Shown: positions 28,230-38,654 of the stretch, in pieces
Numbering within the stretch: position 1 is the first letter of the stretch
Layout of the letters: the number at the start of each line of letters is the position of its first letter
Assembly: GCA_965655095.1 (NCBI GenBank)
Contig: OZ296649.1
Location: 41,850,001 to 41,914,000 of the forward strand
Source: Haplodiscus bocki
Lineage: Eukaryota
Direction: 5' to 3'
DNA length: 64,000 bases
The notes under the pieces: model-generated
Told to the model about the DNA's origin: nothing
What the model saw: only the letters and a program-made list of their open reading frames with translations
Database searches by the model: none
Program-made: the position numbers and the translations under genes

Positions 28230-29460
28230 TTTTTAGTAGTAGTTTCTGGAAACGTCAGAAGTCCCGGTTGTTGACAATGTCTTGTTCTCCCACGAACAAG
28301 AAAACTAGCATACTGAGTTTGGGTTTCACAACACTTGGAATTTTCACGTTTTTCTCTAAGACATGTTTTCAGGTGTTGAAACCGAAAGTGGACTAAAATC
28401 GTGGTTAACGAAATTTGCAAAATCAATGGAATTAGGAAATTTTACAAGGAACAAACATGAGAAGTTACTGTGGACGACAAGGTGAAGGATTTTATTCCAG
28501 TTCCTCTCGTTACCCTTGTAAACAAATTTTGCATTCATTCTTTTGCAATGCTGACGTGGTTATCAACAAGTTGCAATTTTTAAACCCGGATGGATTCCAT
28601 GGGCACAAGTTTCTCATTTCTACGATTTTTAGAAAAGCCATCTCTGAAAAGAAAAAAAATTCCACTGCGTAGGATATGAACTTGAGGAATCTTGTAATTA
28701 GTTGTCTGAACATGTTTCCAAAAGAAGAATGAAACTGCTTAGTAGACCTGATGACTTCATGTTGTATGGCAACATGGGGGATGCTTTTTGCTCCACTTCT
28801 AATCCGAGCCAAAATTAAATTTTACATGATTAGCACAACCCCAACGTTAATCTTGGAATTACTGTTTCATCGCTTTACATTCCACGTACTGCTCTCACGG
28901 ATCATGATTAGAAGAGAAACGACTCGTTTGCAGAAACACCCGTGGAGTGCAACTATTTGACGACCCCTGCAAAGGTATTTTTCTTTCCTGCAAGAAAAAA
29001 CAAAATCATTCAAAGAAACATTTTCAACCATGCACAAGTTCGTCAAATTGCCATTACAATGATTACAAACTCTGCATTCACAAGATTATTTTCTGAAGAT
29101 CCATTTTGCTATCAACAGCTCAACCTGAGACATAATAGAAATCACAAAAGAAGTGAACCAAAATGACTTCGATTCCGTTGACAATTGGAGCTTTTTTGTT
29201 AACACATTCAAAACAATGAACTTTCAATGTGATATCCCTTGATTCCTTCTAATAATTTCAAAGACCATTTTATACAATTGTTCGTCTAGTCGTCAACGGG
29301 AGATAATACAGAAATTTATCACAACCCAAAACCTGTTGGATACGAATGAAACTTGAGCTAATCTTTATATTCCTCGAGAATACCATACCAAAATTTTTTT
29401 GGAAAACGAATGTCTTCGGTTGCAGTCGACAAAGTTGGTGTTCTTGGAACAATTATTAAA
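28230..29460 (+). pseudogene. Major capsid protein (double jelly-roll) of Maverick
   Basis: VPVVDNVLFSHEQE, QILHSFFCNADVVIN, LLIRAKIKFYMIS, FPARKNKIIQRNIFNHAQVRQIAITMITNSAFT..FSEDPFCYQQ, C-terminal RMSSVAVDKVGV; many stops and frameshifts. Confidence 0.82.
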
Positions 29461-29834
29461 ACGGACAACCTTGACCTCCATTAAATGAAAAATTGTTCCC
29501 CTCTGCTGGAGTGTCCGTACATTAGTTCAATCCTTCTAGGCTTTGCTCAATCGGATTTTTGCCATTTCAAATACGCTACCCAGCATTTTTCAAAAAATCA
29601 GTGATCACAAACTCTCATCAGAAAATGTCTTTTGCATACTCCCTCGAACGTGAAAGGTGCAATTTTGTTATGCATCACTACCCAATGTTGATACCAGTGT
29701 CATTACCGTCCCTTCCTAGCGTCTGCCGCTGCGGTCTCTACACGACAAATGCATTTTTTCTTCTAAGTTCTGGCAACATGGAATTACCGGAGTTCATCAA
29801 GTTAATGTATTTTTTTACCAATAATCACATGTAA
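29461..29834 (+). pseudogene. Adenain-like cysteine protease of Maverick
   Basis: VITNSHQKMSFAYSLE (eroded HW...FDSLG region) and LPSVC(R)CGLYT (QxxxSxxCGxY-type catalytic Cys region); last gene before the right TIR. Confidence 0.65.
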
Positions 29835-29919
29835 CGTTTCAATAGTTTCAATGTAACTGTGCAAGTTTTGCAAGGCTGCCGTTAAAAAGTGTATTCTCTC
29901 GTTAGCTTTTTAACTTTTT

Positions 29920-30494
29920 AACCAACTATTAGCAGTATTTTAAACTATTTCCCGCAGTAACCTGTAACAGCAGGCGTTTTGATTAACTGCAGGTTCAATG
30001 ATTAAACCCAGGCGTATAATTCGTTTCCGTGCTGTAAGATATTTCCACCCGGCACCTGCCATTCAGGAAAAAAACTGTTTTTGAAAGTCTGACTCTACCA
30101 CAAATGACCCCTAACCGCGCGGGTCAATAAATCACATCAGAGAGGAGGATGAAAAGCCTTCTTGGTTCTGTGCTCCAATCACTTTTTACCCTACTTTGTT
30201 CAGCCCCCTGGCTGTTTTGCTCATATATATATACAGCTACATTTTCCCTATCTCATTACGTCCGAATACACTCGCTTACACTCGGCTATGTTAATATATT
30301 GATCGTCTCGCGTCCGCCGAAGACATATTTTAAACCTATCTTAATACATTGACCCCACGTTCCAGCACAGGACCCGAGAAAGGACCTCCACCCACTGTCC
30401 TCCATTTTACCTACTCTGGGAACCTAAAGCCTATCGTAATACATGGACGTACATCCTCCACCCCGACACTTGATCTGCTCACTCTATTACTTCT
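29920..30494 (-). repeat. Maverick right TIR
   Basis: Inverted copy of 14654-15250; terminal GCTCACTCTATTACTTCT aligns without gaps to the reverse complement of AGTAGTGAGAGAGCGAGC. Confidence 0.88.
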
Positions 30495-31249
30495 TGCCTA
30501 TAATACTCCAGTAAGTATTCCTAAAAAAGGAGAAAGGACAGGAGCCATTGTGATCTGGGACATTTTGTCAGTGCATGCGCAATTTCAACGCAAAGACAAG
30601 CGAAGCATGGGAGAACTGGCATAACAATTGAATCCATGATTGTTGCTTTAGCTCTCTTGATTTACCCTAGAAAATCCTTTTGACGATGGCTGAGAGTTCT
30701 CAAACTATAATCTAGCTTTTCATAAAGGTAACAAGGAACGTCAATTTTTCCACCCAGCAGGCTGAAAAAACTTCCAGTCATAACCTGCCGCAAAAAGGGT
30801 TTCCGAATAAAAAAGGAAATCAATCACTAGTCTTTAAAAATGAAAGACTTTGACCAGTTCACTGGTGAAATTCCGCTCTTGTAGATATTCAGTTCTAGTG
30901 TTTTTCATATTCCCAGGTGATTTTTAAGGAAACTGAAACCCCATATTCTAACTAAATTTACGAATACTGAAACTGAAGTATGCACAAGACAGCAGCACAA
31001 CGACAAGGTATCTCTCGGAGGAAAAAGTAACGGAACAGCTTGCTTTATACACTTTTTTTCAACTTTCAAAGCAATGTACTATACCGATAATGAGATGATT
31101 GTGAAACTGTAGATCATAATTTTTCGTCAAAGCAAAAATGTTAGCTTCTGCGGAGTGCTTTAATGTGTACTCTGTGAAGCAATTTGATCAATAGATAGCG
31201 AGGTAATCAGTTTTGAAAAATATTATGTGTGTTCTCTTCTTTGTTAAAA

Positions 31250-31790
31250 TTAAGAAACAAGATTTTCCGTCGAAAATTTTTTGTCTCACAGTGTGGAAAA
31301 AGTTCGTAGGGGAATCCTTTAGTGTCTCATTAATTTTGGGTATCGAAAAATGTTAGAGATAAGAGGGGGCGAATCACGATTTTCCCTCGAAATTGTTTCT
31401 GTCTCTCAGTACCGAAACATTTCGTAGAGGAACCCTTCTGTGCTGTGTTTCAGAAACTTTCCGGCAGCGAAAAAGTTTATGGATAAGGGGGAGGGAGGAA
31501 GTATCAAAATTTTCCGTCTAATATTTTTTGTCTCACAGTGCTGAAAATTTTGCAAAGGAACCCTTTATTGTTTCAGTAATTTCGGGTATCGAAAAATGTT
31601 AGGGATAAATCGTAAAAATATTTGTCACGACAGAGACTCGAACCCCGAACCTACTGCTTGATAACGTTGTTGTCCTAACCCTACTGCTGTCATTTATTTT
31701 TAAATAAAAAGAGTTCGTCTGAAAAAAAAGTAAAACGGCCCTACTGAATGAATAATTTTTCTTGCATATTACATATGCAGCGAAAAATAA
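31250..31790 (-). mobile_element. Partial copy of a Helitron-like composite repeat with a tRNA-like segment and ~120-bp internal repeats
   Basis: Reverse-complement homolog of 42090-42908 (shared GCATATGTAATATGCAAGAAAAATTATTCATTCAGTAGG, GGGGTTCGAGTC and TTTTTCGATACCCGAAATT repeats). Confidence 0.6.
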
Positions 31791-31924
31791 TAATCATAGG
31801 AGTCGATTCACAGAGTTACGGTATACCGTAACTCTGTGAATCGACTCCTATGATTATTATTTTTCGCTGCATATGTAATATGCAAGAAAAATTATTCATT
31901 CAGTAGGGCCGTTTTACTTTTTTT
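31723..31924. repeat. Perfect 202-bp palindrome with no spacer
   Basis: Centre GGTA|TACC at 31823/31824; the 101-bp arms are exact reverse complements. Confidence 0.95.
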
Positions 31925-31983
31925 GTCGAATTAGTTGCTTAATAGTAACATATATGTTACTATTAAGCAACTAAATCGACAAA
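31922..31983. repeat. Second zero-spacer palindrome (62 bp, one mismatch)
   Basis: TTTGTCGAATTAGTTGCTTAATAGTAACATA|TATGTTACTATTAAGCAACTAAATCGACAAA, centre 31952/31953. Confidence 0.93.
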
Positions 31984-32071
31984 TGTATGTTTAGTGAATT
32001 CAAATCTGTTTTGGTGGGTATCGGGTTCGTTTTTACAACACCGTACAATTAGCAGTCATCTCGATTACGTA

Positions 32072-32756
32072 CCAGGGTCGACAGCCGTGGTCAAACATGA
32101 TGATCATGCAATGACATGGTATGATCATGGTGATTCATGGCATGGCCATCATGGAGAATAGCATGATCATGCCATGGTGACCATGGTCATTATTATAACA
32201 TAGTCAGGACTCTAAACATCCAACCAACTTTGTTAAATAGTAAGCAGGTAGTAGTCCCTTTGTTTTTAATATGAAATATGTTGGACGAACACATCAAAAA
32301 CTACCCAAAAGCCATTTAGGAAAATGTATCTCTCTCCCAAAATATTGAAGTCACCAAAAATAACAAGAAGCTGTGATATGTATGTTATATTGAACCTGTT
32401 GCTCGATAAGAACTTTCTGTTTGTTTATTATAGAAGAAAACTCCGATCTCTCTGGAGTAATCCTCGTTTTTAGCTTTGATGACTCGGAAATTTTGAGGCG
32501 TATATTCCTCTAAAGCCAGTCAAGTGTGCCATATAATGGTATATGGCAGCAACTACTTGAAAAAAAATAATGACGAAATCCCCATTTTTTAAAAAAACAT
32601 GGAAAACATGATGATCATACTATGATCATGCCATGAATCATGAAGACCATGCCAAGAAACATGGCCGCCATGCCGTCATCATGGCATGATTATGGCAATG
32701 TTTCGCCATGATCATGGCAAGATCATAGCATGGCAGCCATGTTTTTCCAACCCGGG
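32072..32756. mobile_element. Non-autonomous CCCGGGTTG-TIR element with CATG-rich subterminal repeats
   Basis: TA|CCAGGGTCGA ... TCCAACCCGGG|TA; dense CATGATCATG/CCATGG motifs at both ends. Confidence 0.7.
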
Positions 32757-33356
32757 TAGTATTGTATATGATAATGTGGGAGTTATTCTGAATTTCGAGG
32801 TGCAGTGCGATGTAATATGAAAAAGTAGTAAATGTACCATTCGCTCACGTACCGAATGACATAAGACCACTAAACATAAATTTCGAAGTAATCTCACTAA
32901 CTAAACTTACAATTATCATTAAGTAGTATACATAATTAGTACTAATTGTGCTAATGACAGCCTGAAAGGGATTTGCAATACTATTAGCATTGAAATCAAC
33001 ACCTTCGGCATCTCGACATCACCCAATCCGACCACTCGGTGGCCGTTATGTGTGCCCTTGCTATGCTCGGAGATTCTTACTTGCCCCCATTAGTAACATT
33101 TTTTTATTCGTAAAGACATGCGTTGACTATATTATAACAAAGTTAACGGGTAGTACCTATATAAATTTCAGCCAATCAGAACATTTTGTCTGTACGAGAT
33201 ATAAATTTTATGTTAAATGAGACTCTTTTCAATTTTATGCATAAAATTGTTGATTTTCCATTCTTGTTAATCAACAGAGCCTGTATCGAACAGCTGTTAA
33301 ACTCAACTTGGAACCCTTGCACTGCGATTCATAATGTATGATAATGTGACGACTAG

Positions 33357-35524
33357 TGTCGCACGTGGTGGGGGTAGAGGTATTGCGAACCTATTCTTTA
33401 CTCAGTTGTGCTGGCGTTTGACTCAGTCAGCACTATTATGCTATAGCGACGGTTATTATTTATAAGTCTCATTAGGGTGCCTTGCTTAACGTGCGAACAA
33501 AGGGATTGCGTGAATTCAAGCAAGGACTTGTGAGCTATAAAGAAGAATACAAAAGAATTTTAAATTATAAACAGTGAAAATTCAATATTTTGAACAGTAG
33601 AGGAATCATAACTGCTCGTATGGGAAAGGGGAATTACTCATATGGTCTTTTACGTTAGAAGATGGCATTGATCGTGTTGATGTTGGCTGTTGTTGATTAC
33701 TGCCGATTGCTGATGGTTGCTACTGGTTGCTGGGTGATTGATGGCTACGGCTGGGATACTGCTTCTAGGCGGGAAAGTCTTTGAATACTTTCGAAGAGAC
33801 GATGAGGAATTTCGGCTAAGACAAGTTTTAAAATTGTCTTAGAATATTTCGAGGAGGTGATGAAGAAATTTGACTAAGAGAAGTTTTAAAATTGTCTTAG
33901 AATAATTCAAAGCAGCGATGAGGTAATTTGGCAGAGACATGTTTTAAAATTGTCTTAGAATAATTCGAAGCAGCGATGAGGAAATTTGGCAAAGACAAGT
34001 TATAAAATTGTCTTAGAATAATTCGAAGCAGCGATGGGGAAATTTGGCAAAGATAAGTTTTAAAATTGTCTTAGAAGAATTCGAAGCAGCGATGAGGAAA
34101 TTTGGCAAAGACAAGTTTTAAAATTGTCTTAGCATATTTTCGTTGAGAGGCAACTGGAATCTGGTAAAGACATTACTGAAAATTGTCTTAGAATATTTTC
34201 AAGGAGAGGCAATTGGAATTTGGTAAAGACATTACTGAAAAATGTCTTAGAATATTTTAGAGGAGAGGCAATTGGAATTTGGTAAAGACATTACATAAAA
34301 ATGTCTTAGAATATTTTCGATGAGAGGCGATTGGAATTTGGTAAAGACATTACATAAAAATGTCTTAGAATATTTTCGACGAGAGGCGATTGGAATTTGG
34401 TAAAGACATTATTTAAAAATGTCTTAGAATATTTTCGTTGAGAGGTAATTGGAATTTAGCAAAACAAGATTTAGACTTGTCTTAGAATATTTTCAGTGCA
34501 AAGCAATTGGAATTTGGCAAAGACAAGATTTAGACTTGTCTTAGAATATTTTCAGTGCGAAGCAATTGGAATTTGGCAAAGACAAGATTTAGACTTGTCT
34601 TAGAATATTTTCAGTGCGAAGCAATTGGAATTTGGCAAAGACAAGATTTAGACTTGTCCTAGAAAATTTTCAGAGCGAGAATTAAGCTCTAGAAAATATG
34701 ATGAGAGGAAAGTGGGAGAGAGTTTCGCCTCGGGGAATTAGGCCAGTTGACGGTAGGAAAAGGAATGAATAAAGTGAGAGTACGGGGTATTTATACCCTG
34801 TTATATAGCAATCGAGTAATTGACCAATAGGAAAGCGCCGCAAATATCAATGTCAACGAAGGTTATCTAGTCGGTAGCAATAGTTGAATTTTGGAAAAGG
34901 GACGGTTTCTGCATATTTAACCCATAACTCGGAATTTAGAATAAATTCTAAAGACCATGGAATTAGACGAGGTGAGAATGATCTATGAGTAATGTCAATT
35001 CTCTTTGCCTAAGAACCTCGTGGGGGGTCGTGCATATTTAAGATCCACTCAAGCTTCAGAACCTAAGTTCATCCACGGAACCCGCACACGCCAATGCCGA
35101 AGCTAGCGTCAGTGGACACCGTTTATACTCCGATGGCAAGAGTATAGAATTTGTAGAGGGAAAGAGGAATTTTTTCTAAGTTAGAATGAAAATGGGACTT
35201 GGAATATTTTTGTCCGAAGAGAAGCAGGAAGAGAATTTAGAATAATTTTAACCGAGCAAGAATGGAAAGAAAATAACGTTAAAAGGAAAGGGAGTAAAGT
35301 AAAAGGGAAGAGGAGAGTAATGTAAAGTAAAAGGGAAAGAAGTAAAGCTGCCGTCCGGTAAGCGAGTAAGTCAGTAATATTCAAGCCGCTTTCCTCTACC
35401 AGCTACAAAATGTAGCTAACGCGCGCGTGTCTTTATTTTGTGCGTTGGACCACATTTCAACGCGTTTAGAAATTTTCCTTTTCTTTCCTTTTACATTTGT
35501 TTAAGCGTTAGCTATAACGCGACA
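33357..35524 (-). repeat. 3' LTR (2168 bp)
   Basis: Direct repeat of 38235-40286 with TG...CA termini. Confidence 0.95.
33777..34680. repeat. Tandem array of ~15 x 58/59-bp stem-loop units in the 3' LTR
   Basis: GTCTTAGAATA recurs every 58-59 bp (33836, 33894, 33952 ... 34656); each unit contains AAGACANN-N7-NNTGTCTT. Confidence 0.93.
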
Positions 35525-36956
35525 ACTCACCGGGGTTAAAGGGATAGAAAAATGATTGGGGGGTGCAAGGGAAATAGGTTTAAAAATATAAAGAAGATGT
35601 CGGCAATGCGAGAGCGGTACTTGGTGGTCTCTGCCATCCAGTCGTGTAAATCTAGCATAAGTAAATGAAATCGAATTTTATCGTACCTGGCCAAAACCCA
35701 ACAATCTTCTAGCTGCAATCAAGATGTTAACTGTAAGCTTCGTGTAATCTAACTTTCATCTGCATTCAGTTTAGCGGGAGAAAAGAAAAATAGCTTAATT
35801 CGCCACCGGATTCCCAAGTGGAAAAGGTCTCTCTATTCTGCCAGAGGAATAGCTATGGAGGAATACCGTAATATCAAACCGGCGCTCTGTGGGCACTAAG
35901 ACAGAGTAGGAGCTAAGTTTTTATAGTAGTAGCTCCACTACTTTTAAAACGACGCCGAGATTTTTATAAAGGACGCTGGGTCGAACCCAGTTTCGTCAAA
36001 AAGTGCCAAATCAAATTTGCCTCTTCCGTAACAAGTTTATTAAAGTCAGCCTATTTTCAGGCTGTCTGTCAATGTGACTTGAGATTAATGTAGTCTGGAA
36101 AGCCTCGTCAGGCTTGCAAAAGACGTGTGGGCCCATTAATTATAATTCGGATAGAGGAAGAATAAGTAGTTTGTTCGAGGGTTCTATATTTGATGTGAAG
36201 ATTGTTCCCACTTAGTTAGAGTGAAAGCGGGTGGACTGTTGATCAGTGACACCTCGTGAAATACCCCAAGGTCTTTGTGCGTAATCAAGAGAGTCGTGCA
36301 GGCTTTGGTTTTCCCGTTCTTCCAATTTTCGGGGATATCTAGGGTCACAAAGAGGCTGGCGAAATCTTCTTTTCCAGCTATTTTGGGTATAAGTATCGCA
36401 GCGAGTAGATTCTCAACAATCCGGATTCTGACTTAAAGGCAGTTCCCGTCAGTAATCCAAAAGATGTTAAAATATTGTGCTCTCCTTCAGATGTCATATA
36501 TGTTGTCGAAAGCGTGTAGGGTGTTGATCTGTGACACCTCGTGGCTTGCAACGAGTAGATTCTCAACAACCCCCAAATCTAACTTTGGAGAATGCTTCTG
36601 GCAGGTTTTCAAAAGCTGGATAGAAAAGTTCTAAAGATTGTCCATCATGAAAATGTGCTCCCAATGAAGTATCTTTGGTTTCCACTTGCCGCGAAGAGTT
36701 AGTTCTGGGTTGGTTTTTGGTGTGGCCAGGGCATTATGGTCGATTATCTTGCGGTTCAAGAATTCCAGGTAATTAATTGCGTGGATAATCTTGGCTGACA
36801 AGATTTTTGTATGCATGCCTAATGCTGGTTATTTGGATGAGAAGAATAGATATAGGATTAGACGTGGGCAATAGAGAAGGTGCAATCAAATAAAGTGAGA
36901 ATATAAAAAGTTTAAAAAGGATATAAAATGGAAATAAAAAAGAGGCTTTGGAGGCT

Positions 36957-38128
36957 TCAGTAGCCTAAAGGAAGTGAGTCCGATGATTCACCGTCAGACT
37001 CGCCGATTGATGTAACTTCTGCCATATTGAAGCTCATGCCATTGTCCCTTGGAAGGAGTCTTCGTTCGGGAGGAGTAAACTGTTGATCTTCATGTTGCCA
37101 TTTTGCTTCCTCATTAGAGAGCCGTTCGATCGATGGGCTGCTTCTATCATCCACTTCAAGAAAATTGTTCATGGCGTCGTTGTTTGGTGGTTTAGGATTG
37201 AATTGCTCAATGGAAGAGTCCTTTATGGGACTGATTTCCCTTTTGGACCACATATCGTTGCGTATTTTTCGTACTTCTTCATCTCGCATTTTTTTGCGAC
37301 ACCAATTTAATTTATGTCCATTTTTATGGCAGTAATTACAGAATCGGGTAGTTTTTTGTCTTCCCTGTTGATTGGGATGAAAAGTCCGTGAAGTTACTGC
37401 TACGGCGCTGACGTGATATTCTTTCAACTCTGATCGAAGGTTTTTTTTATCTCCTGTCCAAGTGTTGCCAATTCTGCTTTGGTTTGTGCTTCATGAGATA
37501 GAAAAGTCGAGGATGCCTCTAGTATCAAATCTTTTTGAATTATCTGGGCACAGAAATCGTTCCACGTGGCGTTTGGACGCTCCATCAGATACTCTTGAGC
37601 TTTCCGTTGGAGATATCTAGGTCTAAGTCCTCGCAGACTGTAGTCCATGTACCTCTGTCTCCTTTGTCTGCCTTGTGCTGCTCGTTCTGCATTTTGTTGA
37701 GCGGCCTCAATACCGTTCATATCATCGGGCCAGCCCTTGTCAACTGTCCGTTTGATACGTTGTAAGAAGTTCCGAATTTCTTCTCCATCTCCTCTAATAC
37801 AAGATTCCACTTCCATTCGGTATCGAAATTTATTTCGTCCATCTGAAAATCTAGTGATGAAGGTTGTTCGAACATCCTCCCAGGTTGTTGCGTTGGTTAT
37901 ACTGCTCTCATACCACTCAGCGGCTGGTCCTCGGAGTAAAGATGAAAACAGCGCTTTTTTTCTGAAAGTGTAGTTTGCAAGTTCACCCGCATCTCCAGGT
38001 GCGTCTCCAAGAGCAAAGTTGATTTTTCGTTCGATTAGTTGAATGAAAGATTCGGCATCTTGATCGAGATCTGTGCCAGAAAATTTGTCCACGGCCAAGT
38101 CGGGATAGGCAAGATGAGCAGCAGCCAT
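36957..38128 (-). CDS. gag: Gag (capsid-like domain plus CCHC zinc knuckle), split by a frameshift in an A8 run at ~37441-37448
   Basis: The 234-aa ORF has KFSG and LRGPAAEWY...TWEDVRTTFITRF (retrotransposon Gag signature); the -1 frame continues NLRSELKEYH...CNYCHKNGHKLNWC (CX2CX4HX4C) to the stop at 36957; about 390 aa if joined. Confidence 0.85.
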
Positions 38129-38213
38129 TGTAATAATTATCAGAACAACATAAACCGTACAAATATAGCTCCAGCAAAAACGGATTTTAGTTAAAAGGGT
38201 TGCTCACAGATGG

Positions 38214-38231
38214 GCCTCACTGGTCGCACCA
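38214..38231 (-). other. Primer-binding site (tRNA 3'-end complement)
   Basis: Minus strand reads LTR-CA aac TGGTGCGACCAGTGAGGC; its complement GCCTCAC-TGGTCGC-A-CCA has tRNA T-stem, acceptor and CCA geometry. It resembles elongator Met or Ile-TAT 3' ends; identity unresolved. Confidence 0.8.
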
Positions 38232-38654
38232 GTTTGTCGCACGTGGTGGGGGTAGAGGTATTGCGAACCTATTCTTTACTCAGTTGTGCTGGCGTTTGAC
38301 TCAGTCAGCACTATTATGCTATAGCGACGGTTATTATTTATAAGTCTCATTAGGGTGCCTTGCTTAACGTGCGAACAAAGGGATTGCGTGAATTCAAGCA
38401 AGGACTTGTGAGCTATAAAGAAGAATACAAAAGAATTTTAAATTATAAACAGTGAAAATTCAATATTTTGAACAGTAGAGGAATCATAACTGCTCGTATG
38501 GGAAAGGGGAATTACTCATATGGTCTTTTACGTTAGAAGATGGCATTGATCGTGTTGATGTTGGCTGTTGTTGATTACTGCCGATTGCTGATGGTTGCTA
38601 CTGGTTGCTGGGTGATTGATGGCTACGGCTGGGATACTGCTTCTAGGCGGGAAA

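Larger units (their letters stand above)
14654..30494. mobile_element. Maverick/Polinton (virus-like self-synthesizing element), full-length but decayed
   Basis: Starts AGTAGT, ends ACTTCT (degenerate ACTACT); ~600-bp diverged TIRs; flanks TGCTTA (14648-14653) and TGCCTA (30495-30500) give a 5/6 match 6-bp TSD; contains relics of the core Polinton genes. Confidence 0.92.

Noticed and set aside
33777-34680. CRISPR-like appearance (palindromic repeat plus ~36-nt intervening sequence)
   Set aside because: The intervening segments are homologous to each other rather than unique spacers, no cas genes are present, and the context is a eukaryotic LTR.
35181-35384. Hydrophobic 67-aa ORF duplicated at 39943-40146 (env-like or membrane peptide?)
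   Set aside because: Non-ATG start, derives from a low-complexity pyrimidine tract in U3, and is duplicated only because it lies in the LTR.
36040-36120. Possible hammerhead ribozyme on the minus strand (CTGACGA...GAAA)
   Set aside because: Stem II register is off by one and both core motifs are sequestered in their own local hairpins; no convincing stems I/III.
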